From Candidatus Latescibacterota bacterium (GTDB taxonomy: Bacteria; Latescibacterota; UBA2968): a stretch of 64,000 bases of DNA. The stretch covers positions 5,376,001 through 5,440,000 of the forward strand of contig OZ242311.1 in the NCBI GenBank assembly GCA_965207885.1, read 5' to 3'. The notes beneath the pieces are model-generated. The model was not told where the DNA came from. It searched no databases and was given only the letters and a program-made list of their open reading frames with translations. The translations under genes were made by a program, and so were the position numbers. Below are positions 10,310 to 22,100 of the stretch, in pieces; within the stretch, counting starts at the first letter, position 1; every line of letters begins with the position of its first letter.

Positions 10310-11095
10310 CTATCGCCCCTGAAAATCCGGCTTGCGCTTCTCCATAAATGCCGCGCGGCCCTCTTTGTAATCCTCACTCGCAAAACACGCATCGATAACC
10401 CGCTGGCACAAATCGAGATCGCGCCGATCTGCATCTTTGCCAATCTCTGCAATAATCTGCTTGGTCGCGCTAATCGTAAGCGGCGCATTACCCGCAATGG
10501 TCTCGGCATAATCATCCACATAAGCGTCTAACTCATCCCGCGATAAAACCCGATTAATCAGACCCATGTGATACGCCTCAGAAGCATTGAACCGACGCGC
10601 CGTAAACAAAATCTCGCACGCATTGGCAGGACCCACCAGACCCACAAGCGGTTTGAGCGCACCGTACCCATACCCCAGACCCAGCTTCGCAGCGGGAATG
10701 GCAAAAGACGAATCATCGGACGCAATCCGCAAATCGCAACACAGCGCAGTCGCAAGCCCACCACCAATACAATACCCTGCAATTTTGGCAATCGTGGGCT
10801 TGAGCACCTGCGCGAGCTTCTCATAAGCGCGTCCCATAGTCGCATTATACACCTCCACCGCATCTGCCGTCCCGCGTTGCGCTTCAAACTGCGAAATATC
10901 TGCCCCCGCAGAAAACGCCCTGCCGCCCTCGCCCGAAAGCACAATAACGCGAACCGCATCGTCCGATTCAAAATCGTCAATAGCCCGCGCCATACCCTGC
11001 CACATCTCATAAGAAATGGCATTGTGTTTCTCCGGCTGATTCAGGCGAATATGCCCAACACCGCCATCTTTCTGCACAATAATTTTATCTGTCAT
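10310..11095 (-). CDS. Enoyl-CoA hydratase/isomerase
   Basis: AFSAGADI, GYCIGGG, DYKEGRAAFMEKRKP. Confidence 0.9.
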   Translation of the reverse strand: MTDKIIVQKDGGVGHIRLNQPEKHNAISYEMWQGMARAIDDFESDDAVRVIVLSGEGGRAFSAGADISQFEAQRGTADAVEVYNATMGRAYEKLAQVLKPTIAKIAGYCIGGGLATALCCDLRIASDDSSFAIPAAKLGLGYGYGALKPLVGLVGPANACEILFTARRFNASEAYHMGLINRVLSRDELDAYVDDYAETIAGNAPLTISATKQIIAEIGKDADRRDLDLCQRVIDACFASEDYKEGRAAFMEKRKPDFQGR

Positions 11096-11119
11096 TGAAT
11101 AAATACCCCACAGAGAACA

Positions 11120-12307
11120 TCAAACGACATTCTCCTCTTTCATAGCCGCAATTTCACCTTCCGAAAACCCAAACTCACTCAAAATCTCATCCGTATGCTC
11201 ACCCCGTTCGGGCGACGCCCTGTAGGGCAGATCTGGCGCATTGCTCAAATTAGTCGCATTCCTCACCACATCGCAATCCCCCATAACGCTGTTATTCACC
11301 GAACGCGACATCTTCAAATGCATAACCTGCGGATCGGACCACATCTCATCCATGCGATAAATCGGCCCACACGGCACACCCGCGTCATTCAGCGCATCAA
11401 TCCAATGGGCACTATCTTGCCCTATAAAATACTTTTGCAAACTCTCATTCAGCGCATCCCGATTGGTCAACCGCACTCCGCCATTGGAAAACCTGGGATC
11501 CCTGAACAAATCCCCAGCACCCAGCACATCGCACAAACGCTGCCACATAAGCTCCCCGCTACAGGCAATATTGATATACCCGTCGCGGGTTTGAAACACA
11601 CCCGTCGGAATACTCGTGGGATGATTATTACCCGCCTGCTCGGGCACCTCATTTGCAATCAGCCACCGCGCCGCCTGAAAATCCAGCATCGCAATTTGTG
11701 CCTCCAGCAATGACGTATGCACCCACTGCCCCTCCCCTGTCTCCTCGCGCTGAAGCAAAGCAGTGAGAATACCAATAGCGGTGTACAAACCCGAAGCGAG
11801 ATCTGCAATCGGCACCCCGACGCGCACCGGACCCTGCCCCGGCAAACCCGTAATCCACATTAACCCCCCCATACCCTGTGCAATCTGATCAAAACCCGGC
11901 CGCAAACTATACGGACCATCCTGCCCAAACCCCGAAATACTCGCGTACACAATACCCGAATTCTCTCTCTTACACCTCTCATACCCAATATCGAGGCGAT
12001 CTTTAACATCCGGCCGAAAATTCTCCACAACCACATCCGCGCGCTTAACCATGCGGAAAAACGCCTCGCGACCCGCATCGGCTTTGAGATTCAAAGTCAT
12101 CCCGCGTTTGTTTCTGTGCAAATTTTGAAAATCCGGCCCGTGACGCGGTCCCCCCATAGTCTTTGCCTCGTCAATACTTTCAGGCGGTTCAATTTTAATA
12201 ATATTCGCCCCCCAATCCGCAAGCTGACGCACAGCAGTGGGACCCGCGCGCACACGGGTCAAATCGAGCACAGTAAAACGGGCGAGAGGTGCATGTCCAT
12301 TTTTCAT
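11120..12307 (-). CDS. Family III CoA-transferase (CaiB/BaiF)
   Basis: LDLTRVRAGP, LADWGA, ADVVVENFRP, SISGFGQDGP. Confidence 0.92.
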   Translation of the reverse strand: MKNGHAPLARFTVLDLTRVRAGPTAVRQLADWGANIIKIEPPESIDEAKTMGGPRHGPDFQNLHRNKRGMTLNLKADAGREAFFRMVKRADVVVENFRPDVKDRLDIGYERCKRENSGIVYASISGFGQDGPYSLRPGFDQIAQGMGGLMWITGLPGQGPVRVGVPIADLASGLYTAIGILTALLQREETGEGQWVHTSLLEAQIAMLDFQAARWLIANEVPEQAGNNHPTSIPTGVFQTRDGYINIACSGELMWQRLCDVLGAGDLFRDPRFSNGGVRLTNRDALNESLQKYFIGQDSAHWIDALNDAGVPCGPIYRMDEMWSDPQVMHLKMSRSVNNSVMGDCDVVRNATNLSNAPDLPYRASPERGEHTDEILSEFGFSEGEIAAMKEENVV

Positions 12308-12322
12308 AACACAAGTAACTCC

Positions 12323-13129
12323 TCAATAACTTACGCCCTGCACACCCGGCGGCATCTTAGGCGGCAGAGGTTGAACAATCTTACGTCGTTCGGGCGTCAA
12401 ACGCGCAATCAACTCGGGCGAAGGCTGATAGCCGTATCGGTCATTACCCCAGTGCGGACCATAGCGAATAATAGCAACGCGTCGTTCACCGGGACGCGTG
12501 CGCTCTGACGAACCGTGCGCCATACAATCCACAAAAAAAATCGCATCACCCGCATCGAGTTGAATTTGAACAGCCGCTTCAACGCGATCCAGCGAATGTC
12601 CACTACCCGTACCTTTGGGATCCTCAAACGCGGGATGAAGCAAATTGGACTTATGCGAACCGGGAATCGCCATCGTCGCCCCATCACCATCCCCAATATC
12701 GTTAAGCGCCATCAAAATATTGATCTGCCCGCAGCGAAACTGATTGTTGTGAAAGCGAAACTGCGTGCGGATACGCCGCTTGTGCGCGCCCGAATGAATG
12801 CGCGTCGCACCGCCCCGAGACCGAATATCGATAAATGACTCATCGATAAAAAGACCATCATCCCCACCGACAAAGCGCCTCATGTGATGAACCCACGATG
12901 GATGGTCAATCAAGCGTTCAAAAGGTTCACCCATCTCAAAAATATTGTGCAAATGTCGTGGCCCCCCGCTCCGATGAACCCACCCCCGCCATCCATCGGG
13001 TTCGAGATCGTCATACGTATCGATAATCTCATTGAGTTCGACGAGATGCTCGGCATCCACGGCATTTTTGAGCACAATATAGCCGCGCAAATCAAAAAGA
13101 TATTCTTCCATTTCAGTCGGTCGCATCAT
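12323..13129 (-). CDS. Phytanoyl-CoA dioxygenase (PhyH) family protein
   Basis: FDLRGYIVL, IHSG, MAIPGSH, AHGS; Fe/2OG-type motifs. Confidence 0.8.
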   Translation of the reverse strand: MMRPTEMEEYLFDLRGYIVLKNAVDAEHLVELNEIIDTYDDLEPDGWRGWVHRSGGPRHLHNIFEMGEPFERLIDHPSWVHHMRRFVGGDDGLFIDESFIDIRSRGGATRIHSGAHKRRIRTQFRFHNNQFRCGQINILMALNDIGDGDGATMAIPGSHKSNLLHPAFEDPKGTGSGHSLDRVEAAVQIQLDAGDAIFFVDCMAHGSSERTRPGERRVAIIRYGPHWGNDRYGYQPSPELIARLTPERRKIVQPLPPKMPPGVQGVSY

Positions 13130-13803
13130 TCTCCCCTAAGAATATTGCACAACTCCGATAAACTGCTAATCTCATAATCAGGCTCCGGAATATCGTCCCG
13201 CCGCACCGCCCCATCCCGGTTGAGCCATGCAATGGAAATACCAGCCCGTTTTGCACCAACAATATCATCCTCCTGAGAATCGCCAACATACAGAGTCTGA
13301 TCGGGATCGGCACCGAGAGCCTCAAAAGCAGCAAAGAAAATATCGGGATTCGGTTTATAACACCGCGCGGACTCCGAACTAATCACAACCGGAAAACTCA
13401 GATCATTAGCACGCAAAGCAGACATGAGATGCCCGTGATCCGCATTGGAAATCACACCGATTTTCACATCGGGCAAAGCATCAATAGTCGGTTTCACATC
13501 GCAGAACAAGGGCACACAGCCAAAAGCATCAAAAAGACCTGCCGTATAAGACTCGGGATTTGCCCGCACATTCAAATCGGCAAACGTCTTCTCCAGGCCA
13601 ATAATATGCGCATCCCAAAACGTGATAAAATCCCTCTCTTTCAACAGGGGAAAGAAATAGCGATCCCAGTGATCGAGAAACGCCTCCTTGCTCATATCGA
13701 TCTGCAAATCATCCACAATAATCTGACACGTCTCGTACAACGCATCAAAAGCTGTGTCAAAAAGCGTCCCATACCCATCAAAAAAAATCGTCCCGTACAT
13801 CAC
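13126..13803 (-). CDS. HAD-superfamily hydrolase
   Basis: FFDGYGTL, SNAD, KPNP, VGDSQEDDI. Confidence 0.88.
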   Translation of the reverse strand: MMYGTIFFDGYGTLFDTAFDALYETCQIIVDDLQIDMSKEAFLDHWDRYFFPLLKERDFITFWDAHIIGLEKTFADLNVRANPESYTAGLFDAFGCVPLFCDVKPTIDALPDVKIGVISNADHGHLMSALRANDLSFPVVISSESARCYKPNPDIFFAAFEALGADPDQTLYVGDSQEDDIVGAKRAGISIAWLNRDGAVRRDDIPEPDYEISSLSELCNILRGE

Positions 13804-14546
13804 CGATAATCCTCCGCATCCCCCTCGGGTTCAAAACCGAGCACATCGCGCGCATGCGTCATATCCCGATAGCTGTATTTATTATTCGAAACCACATAAA
13901 AAATGTCAAACTTGAGATCCTCGGACACCTCAATACACGACTCAACCATGCCAGCAATCGTACTTTGGCTGCACCACACAGAATAACCGCGCGTCCCATT
14001 GGGCCGATCCTCGGCATTCACCGCACCGATGCGGAGACAAATAACAGACAGATCCGTACTATCGGCATAATGCCGCGCCAAAGCCTCGCCCCAGACCTTT
14101 GTACAACCGTAAATCCCGCGCGGGCGCGTAGGCGTCTCGTGGGAAAATTTATCCCAACTCTCGGGCACCTCATCGTATCGCCCCGACACAATCGCACCAT
14201 ACGGCGAATCATTCTCCCAACCCGCTGTCACCGATCCACTACTCGCAAAAATAACGCGCGTGACCCCGGCGCGAAGTGCCGCTTCAAAAACATTATAAGT
14301 CCCCACGATATTGTGCGCGACAAACCCCTCAAAATCGCTTCTAATCGCAGCAGCCAGATGCACAACCGTATCAACCCCCTCAAACGCCGGACAAATCGCG
14401 TCAAAATCCGAAATATCAGCCCGCCGACAATCCACGCCAGCCACATCGCGGCGATTGAGCGCGCGAAGCTCATACTTGCCCTCAAGCTGCTCGCGAACAG
14501 CCCCGCCAATAAGCCCACTCATGCCTGTAATGAGAATTTTTTTCAT
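13800..14546 (-). CDS. NAD-dependent epimerase/dehydratase (uronate dehydrogenase-like)
   Basis: ITGMSGLIG, HLAA, YGCTK. Confidence 0.85.
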   Translation of the reverse strand: MKKILITGMSGLIGGAVREQLEGKYELRALNRRDVAGVDCRRADISDFDAICPAFEGVDTVVHLAAAIRSDFEGFVAHNIVGTYNVFEAALRAGVTRVIFASSGSVTAGWENDSPYGAIVSGRYDEVPESWDKFSHETPTRPRGIYGCTKVWGEALARHYADSTDLSVICLRIGAVNAEDRPNGTRGYSVWCSQSTIAGMVESCIEVSEDLKFDIFYVVSNNKYSYRDMTHARDVLGFEPEGDAEDYR

Positions 14547-14953
14547 ATGTTGTCTCCCTGAACGTTTCACCTCTCTGTAAAATCACATCTACCATCAATG
14601 AGAATACATTGAGAATCGGAAATTATCAAGACCGATTTTGCTTGTGGTTCTCTCTTCTTATACCCGAAGACAAATCTTCTGGATATAAATTAAAATATCA
14701 GACAAGTCACTTTGAGCGTAAAACCGGTTTGCAGACACCACCCGAAATTATCCATATATAGTTTTTTTCGCTATATACGGAATCTTATCCATAAATATTT
14801 GTTAAAAAACAACATACGAGCCAGCCTGATTATTTTTGGCCATATATAGTCAAAAATATACAAAACTCAGGTTGGCTTTTTTTTCGTTTCAAAAAAATAT
14901 ATCTCGATGGAAAATAACGCCTTATGAACAAAATGATCTATAGAAATTCATAT

Positions 14954-14968
14954 TGGCACGATTATTGC
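14954..14968 (+). promoter_or_regulatory. Sigma54 -24/-12 promoter
   Basis: TGGCACG-ATTA-TTGC exact consensus in an AT-rich intergenic region about 140 nt upstream of 15110; repeated CCATATATAG boxes further upstream are candidate enhancer sites. Confidence 0.8.
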
Positions 14969-15109
14969 CTCCTGTGAAGGGTAAATCTTTTTCATCCACC
15001 AATAGTGTGAACAGTTTTGCGCGGTCCCGTGCCCCATAGTTCCTGAGGATTTGACCGGGTCAATTGAACGCCAGGATTTTCACAACTATCTATAGGGAAA
15101 GGAACCCCC

Positions 15110-17718
15110 ATGAGAGCATTATCACATTCTTCTCGACAAGCTAACCTTCTGCAAACTTTTGTCTGGAATGCCGAACACGGCGGCTATCGCGGGCGATGCA
15201 AACGCCTCCCTCGCTTTGTAAAATCAGTCGCCCACCGGACCACATCGCTCCTGATCGCCTTCGGGGCGTTCGTGCTGGCGCTGACTCTTCCCGCCTACGC
15301 CCTGTACACTGAGGGGCGGACGTTGGTGAACAACACCGGCCAGACATCGACTTCCTCCCCGAGCCTGCTGAAAGACTATACCCACGCACAGGGATTCACG
15401 ACGGGGTCGCACAAGTTCTGGTTGACCGGCATCGAGGTGGAATTCGAAACCGGCGGCACGCATCCCAATCAAATGGATCAGGTGCTTGCCACCGTGAATA
15501 AAGCCACTGAGTCGGCGACGTCGTAGCGGGTTTGACGGCGACGCAGGCATCCGCTGGCGTGACGCTCCTGAAGACGTCGTGGGCAAGTGAAATTACTATC
15601 CTGGAAGCGAACACCGACTACGTCGTCGTCCTGTGGGCCGGTCTCAGCTATTCCACGGCCAGTGTGAAGCTCACCGATAGCGACGCCGAGGACTCGGGCG
15701 GAGAGTCGGGCTGGAGCATTGCGAACCACGGATACCACAAGGAGCGGGGCTCGCGTGAGGCGTGGACGACATCCACGAGCGCCAAAAAGATCCGGGTGCT
15801 CGGTGAGCGATTCCTCACCGTGTCCGATGCGGAGGCGACCGAGGGTACGCACTCTGAGATACACTTCTTTGTGACATTGAGTAAGCCACCGGGGTCCGGA
15901 GAAGAAGTTAATGTGAATTACTACACCGTCGAAGGCACTGCGAAGGACGGCGACGACTATGTGTACAAGAGAGGGTCGCTGAGGTTCACATCCGGTCAGA
16001 CTCAGAAGACGGTCAGCGTAACCATCATCGACGACGACATCGAGGACGACGGGGAGACGTTCCAGCTGTTCCTGACAGGCGGGCCGCTTCCCACCTCCAA
16101 ACACGGGACCGGGACGATCAAAAACAACGAGGGCAGGGCACCGACTGTGTCGGTGGCCGACGCGCAAGCCACCGAGGGCCCCGGAGCGACGATGGACTTC
16201 GCGGTGAAGCTCGACCGGGCACTGGAAGATACGGTGACGGTCGATTATGCGACCGCCGACGGCACGGCGACCGCGGGTGCCGACTACACGACGACGAGCG
16301 GCACGCTGACATTCGCGCCGGGCGATCAGCGCAAGACGATTTCGGTACCGATCGCGCAAGACGCGGTGGAGGACGACGGGGAGACGCTGACGTTGACCCT
16401 GAGCAACATTTCCGGGGCGAAACTCGCCGACGCGCAGGCGACCGGGACGATCCACAACAATGCGCCGCCGACCGGCGCGCCCACCATCAGTGGCACGCCG
16501 CAGGTCGGTGAGATACTGACGGCGTTGGTCGATGATATTTCGGACGGGGACGGCATGGACAATCCGGCCTTCGCCTACTCGTGGTTCAGAAAGATCGACG
16601 GCGGCACGTACATGCTGAGTTGCTGTGGGGCATCCACCTACACGCCAAAGGCGAGGGACGAAGGGCATGCCATCTACGTCACAGTGTCATACACCGACGG
16701 CGCGGGCAACCGGGAGGCGGTCACCAGCGAGCCGACGGCGCCGGTACAGGCAGAAGGCTCAACCAACACCCCGGCGACTCAACAGGACGGTGTACAGAAC
16801 AACGAAGAGGCGGTGGAAACCACTCCCAACACCCCTGCCACAGGCGCACCAACCATCAGCGGCACGATACAAGTGGGACAGACGCTGACCGCATCGGTCG
16901 CGGACATCCAGGACGAGGATGGGCTGGACAACGTCACATTCAGTTACCAGTGGATTGCCGACGATGAGGATATATCCGGCGCAACAGACGCGACCTACAC
17001 CCTGACGGATAATGATGCAGGCAAGACCATCAAGGTAAGAGTCACATTCACCGACGACAGGAATAACCAGGAAACGCTCACCAGCGCGGCCACAGTCGCG
17101 GTTCCGGCTCAGCTAACGGCGAGCTTTGTAGATATGCCCGCGTCGCACGATGGCCCGTCAACTATCTTCACCTTCCAACTCCTCTTCAGCGAGGACCCCG
17201 CGGTGAGCTTCCGGACGCTCAGGGATACGTCCTTCGCCGTAACTGGCGGGACAGTGAAGCGTGCCCGACGTGTGAACGGACGCAACGACCTGCGTGAGAT
17301 CCACATCGAGCCTGCTGGAACCGATGCGGTGAAGATAACCCTGGCAGGCGGGCGAGCCTGTGGCACCACAGGCGCCATCTGCACGTCGGACGGACGACCG
17401 CTCTCAAACACGCTGAAAGCAACAGTAGCTGGTCCTGCGCTGAACTTCGGTCTGGATGTGAATTATCCCAATCCGTTTAATCCCGAGACACAGATCCCCT
17501 ATACCTTATCTGAGACAGGTCCGGTAGAATTGGCGATCTACAATATCATGGGGCAGCGTGTCCGGATTCTCGTGCAGAGTGTACAGGCTGCAGGTCGTTA
17601 CCAGGTCGTGTGGGATGGTCGCAACGACAATGGTGTGCCGGTTGCCAGTGGGATATATCTGTCTCGGCTGTCCAGTGTGCAGGGGGTGCAGGTGCGTCGG
17701 CTATTGTTGCTGAAATAG
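15110..17718 (+). pseudogene. Secreted Calx-beta / Ig-repeat protein with C-terminal FlgD-Ig domain, frameshifted near 15510
   Basis: ORF 15110-15526 carries the signal peptide (LLIAFGAFVLALTLPAYA). ORF 15532-17718 has 2 Calx-beta (YATADGTATAGADY), 2 TGAPTISGT repeats and NYPNPFNPET...WDGRND. The two ORFs are in different frames. Confidence 0.75.
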
Positions 17719-17776
17719 TATAAGTCGCTGCTTTGCAAGCCGATATTGCGCTTGTAACCGGGATGCGACAACACAA

Positions 17777-17812
17777 AGGGCTGTTCAGTATCTCATTGGA
17801 CAGCCCTCGTTT
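17777..17812 (+). terminator. Probable intrinsic terminator
   Basis: agggctgttca...tggacagccct hairpin followed by cgttt. Confidence 0.55.
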
Positions 17813-17847
17813 GAATATACCTCATCACAATTTTTTTATTTTCAAAC

Positions 17848-19045
17848 CATAGTACACGACAAAAAATAAAAGACCTGTGAAAAAAGCTAAAAAGAGTTAG
17901 GTTTGAATGTCCCAAGACAAACCTTTCTCATCTTAACAAGGCACAGGTCTATGTCTCCTGAAACTATTGAACTTCAAACGATTATGCAAGGATATTTTCA
18001 CTGGCATAAAGCCCGAATAACGTTTACCGCTGCGTTCATATTGTCGCTGATAAAATTGCGTAGCGTCAATTTTATGAAACTGGCAAACGCACTCAATGGA
18101 ACCGTCAAGCAGAAATCTAATTATCGTCGTATCCAACGCTTCTTTGCCCACTTTGCCTTACCCTATGCGTGTGTGAGACAATTGATCTTGCACTTATTAC
18201 CTATAAAGTCGGATTTTATAGTCTCAATAGATCGCACCAATTGGAAGTTGGGAAAATTCAATATCAACATCCTAACCGCAGGCATTATCTATGAAGGGGT
18301 CGCCTTTCCTATCTGTTGGCACTTGTTAAAAAAACGGGGCAATTCCAATAGTGATGAGCGTATCCATTTGATGCAAGAAATGCTCAACTGCATCTGCAAA
18401 TCGCATATCCGCGTTGTCGTCGCAGACAGAGAATTTATTGGAAGAGAATGGTTTAGGTGGTTAGACACACAAAATATACCCTTTGTTATTCGCATCAAGG
18501 AAAACGCTCTTGTCTCATCAGGCGGTAGAGAGATCCCCATAAGAAAACGGTTTGAAAATCTTAATATCCATCAGCAGGTCAACTTGTGCAAACGCCACCG
18601 CGTTTATGACCTGCCTGTATATCTGTCTGCACTAAGATTGAAGGACCAATACCTCATTCTTGCCAGCAACCAAAAAGGTCAAGCCGCATTGGATACCTAT
18701 AAAAAACGATGGGGCATTGAAGTCCTTTTTGCCAATCTTAAAAGTCGAGGATTTAATCTGGAAGAGACCCATCTTATACATCAAGACCGCATTGAGAAAC
18801 TCATCGCGCTTTTGGCCATTGCCTGCATCTGGGCGCATATCATCGGCGAATGGATAGCAAAAACAAATCCTTTGACGATCAAAAATCACGGGCGGATGGA
18901 GAAAAGTCTCTTCCGATATGGGTTGGACTATTTGCAGTATGTCCTGCTCAATATAAACCAACAAACCCAACAGTTCCTCATATGCATTCGTTTACTGAGT
19001 AATCCGCCACTGTTTAAAACAATTTAAGTTTTGTCGTGTACCATG
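17848..19045 (+). mobile_element. IS4-family insertion sequence (1198 bp)
   Basis: 17-bp TIRs catagtacacgacaaaa / ttttgtcgtgtaccatg (16/17 match); flanks tttcaaac / gttcaaac form an imperfect 8-bp target duplication. Confidence 0.88.
17903..19027 (+). CDS. IS4-family DDE transposase
   Basis: IDRTNWK, ADREFIG, YKKRWGIEVLFANLKSRGF (Y-R-E-K motif); the true start may be the ATG at 17951. Confidence 0.9.
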   Translation: MNVPRQTFLILTRHRSMSPETIELQTIMQGYFHWHKARITFTAAFILSLIKLRSVNFMKLANALNGTVKQKSNYRRIQRFFAHFALPYACVRQLILHLLPIKSDFIVSIDRTNWKLGKFNINILTAGIIYEGVAFPICWHLLKKRGNSNSDERIHLMQEMLNCICKSHIRVVVADREFIGREWFRWLDTQNIPFVIRIKENALVSSGGREIPIRKRFENLNIHQQVNLCKRHRVYDLPVYLSALRLKDQYLILASNQKGQAALDTYKKRWGIEVLFANLKSRGFNLEETHLIHQDRIEKLIALLAIACIWAHIIGEWIAKTNPLTIKNHGRMEKSLFRYGLDYLQYVLLNINQQTQQFLICIRLLSNPPLFKTI

Positions 19046-19125
19046 GTTCAAACATAAAAATGCAACCGTAGTATTTTTCAAATGTTAAATTTATAAATTT
19101 GTTTTTTCCCTAAGGTTCCTTTTCT

Positions 19126-22100
19126 ATGATCAAGCCTCTCGACCGCGCGGGTACCTGGCGGACTTATTCTCTGGATAGCGGCCTTGCCGGGTTGCGCGTT
19201 GAACACATTGCCGAAGACAGCGAAGGCTATCTCTGGTTCGCCACATGGGACAACGGTGCCTGTCGCTTCGATGGAGACGAATTCCAGAATTTTACCCAAC
19301 AGGACGGTCTTGTTAATGATCGTACTTATTTTCTTGCACAAGACAGTCAGAATCGATTGTGGTTTGGTACCGCAAATGGCGTCTGCTGGTACGACGGAGT
19401 TGGATTCCACCATTTGAAGGACGATGGGATTGCAGACCGAACAGTGCAGTGCATCTACGAAGACCGTGAGGGACGTATATGGTGTGGCGGTTCCAGGACC
19501 CTGGGATATTACGATGGCACTGTGTTCCACGACCTGATTCCGCGCTACCTCCAGCACTACGAGCAGCCGCCTTCTCCTGAGTGGCACCATTTTTGTTGGG
19601 GTATTACCCAGGATCTCAAAGGCCATCTGTGGTTTGGTTTTGACTACCCCATTCGCTTCGATGGCACATCCTTCCACCGCTATGATAAGAAAGAAGGGTT
19701 TCCCCAGGAAGGGACCGCCTATGTCGTGGACAGTGATCATACCGGCAAGGTGTGGATCGGTCAGTTTGGACATCGAGACGGACTCTGGTGCTATGCCGAT
19801 GGCACCTTCCAATCTGTTCAGGTAGATTTAGGAGGTTTGGTACGCAAAATTCAGTATGATCGGGAAGGTCGAATGTGGTGCTGCACTGCAGGTGGGGTGC
19901 TCTGTCAGGACGGTGATGGGTTCAGCAAGTTTCCCCTTCCCGATGGCTTACCTCATCCAGCAGTCAAATCCATGTATCAGGATCGCGATCATCGGTATTG
20001 GTTCGCCACCTGGAGTGGCGTCTTGCTCTACGATGCCCATAGTATCAGCGTTTTTGACCTCGGTAAAGCTATTCCCAAAGACAAAGAGCCGAACGAGGTC
20101 TCGCAGATCGTGCAGGACTGCCAAGGAGATATATGGGTTGGATGTATATCTCCCCTTCTCTCCGGTCCGATCAATAGCGTCTTTCGCTTTGACTGTAAGC
20201 ACTTTGTTTTTGTAGGCACTGAGGATGGCCATGATATCGACAGTTGTTTCTCTATCTACGAGGATCACGAGGGGTATCTATGGTTCGGCGGCCTCAACGG
20301 CCTGTTCCGCTACGATGGGCAGAAGCTAAAAAAAATGGAAGTAGCTGAGGATTTAGACGAAAGGAGTATCAGCACAATCATCCAGGACGCGCAAGGTCAA
20401 TTCCTTTTCGGCTATTGGGAAAAGGGCTCCTATAAAACCGTATATAAAAAAGAAGAGCTTTCGGTCAGCCCATTAAAGATCATTTACCAGCGGGACGAAG
20501 AGTTCCAAACCATTTTTGTAGAGAATAAAAAGAAAGATTCTTTAGATCGTATTGGCACTGTGGTTATCGGACGCAATAGCGAGATCTATTTTCATTTGGC
20601 CTGCCACAATTTCTCACCTGGCGACAGGGGTCTGGGGTGCTGGCATCCCGAAGATGGGCTTAAATTTTATGGGATTGAAGATGGGCTGATAGACGACAAG
20701 GTCAATGACTTGCTGTTAGACCGCGCTGGCAATCTGTGGATCGCCACTTTGAGCGGTCTTTGTCGCTTTGATGGCCATACCTTCCACACGTTCACGACTG
20801 AAGACGGTCTGCCGAACAACCACATCCGTTGTCTATTCGAGGATCGGCAAGGCCACCTCTGGCTCGGCACAGACGGAGGCGTGGCTCACTACAATGGTCA
20901 GTATTTTCAGACCATCAAGTCACCGCATATAGCACCGGTTTCCCAGATACTCGAAGATCGTGACGGAGCCTTCTGGTTTGGCACGACCCTGGGTTCTATC
21001 ATACGCTACCGTCAGCGGCAAACGCCGCCTCAAATTCGCCTGCTTCAGGTTGTCTCTGATCAGGTCTATGAGAACCTGAAGGAAGTCATCCTATCTACGG
21101 TAGGACAGCAGGTGATTTTCGAGTACAAAGGCCTGAGTTTTTCCACACATCCCCGCGACATGCTCTACATCTATCGCCTGAAAGGCTATGATGCCGACTG
21201 GCAGCCTGCGACTCGAAAGATGCGGACCTACTACCGGGACTTGCCGCCGGGCGATTATACCTTTCAAGTCAGGGCGATAGATCGCGACCTCAATTACTCG
21301 GAGATCGCACAGGTGCAACTCTCAGTCGAGATAGATCCGCGTATTGAAGGCCTAACGGCGACACTAAATAATCAGGGGGAAAACGAGTTTATCGGTCAAA
21401 GTGCAGCCCTGCACGCGTTTCAAATCCAGCTTGGAAAGGTCGCATCTGTTGATCTGACGGTACTGTTTAAGGGTGAGACGGGTGTGGGCAAGGGATTGGC
21501 TGCTCGGACACTACACGCGCTGAGTTCCCATAGTGATGGACCTTTTATACAGGTCAACTGCGGTGCCTTGCCCGAAACGCTGATCGATAGTGAACTTTTT
21601 GGTCACGAGAGAGGGGCTTTTACCAGTGCAGTCTCTCGCAGGCTGGGCAAGGTGGAACTGGCCAGGGGAGGTACGCTTTTTTTAGATGAAATCGGCGATA
21701 TGGCTCAGGAAACGCAGGTCAGGATGTTGCGCTTGCTGGAAGAGGGCACATTTGAGCGCATAGGAAGCAGCGAGACGCTGAGGGTGCAGACGCGCATTGT
21801 GGTAGCGACCAATCGCAATTTGGAAGAGATGGTCAGCGCAGGCGCTTTTCGCGAGGACCTCTATTATCGCCTTCAGGTCTTTCCGCTCTCTTTGCCGCCC
21901 TTGCGCGAACGCAAGGAGGACATACCGGACTTAGCCGAATATTTCAAGAATCAGATAGCAGTACATATAGGCACGCAAATTGACCCTTTGACATCAGAGA
22001 TTATCGCAGTGTTGCAAACCTATCATTGGCCTGGAAATGTGCGAGAACTAAAGCATACGATACAGCGGGCTGTAATCACCTGTAATGAGTCTCGAATCAA

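Noticed and set aside
15020-15105. Riboswitch in the 5' UTR of the Calx-beta gene
   Set aside because: A hairpin (ttgaccgggtcaa core) is possible, but I could not match any known aptamer consensus.
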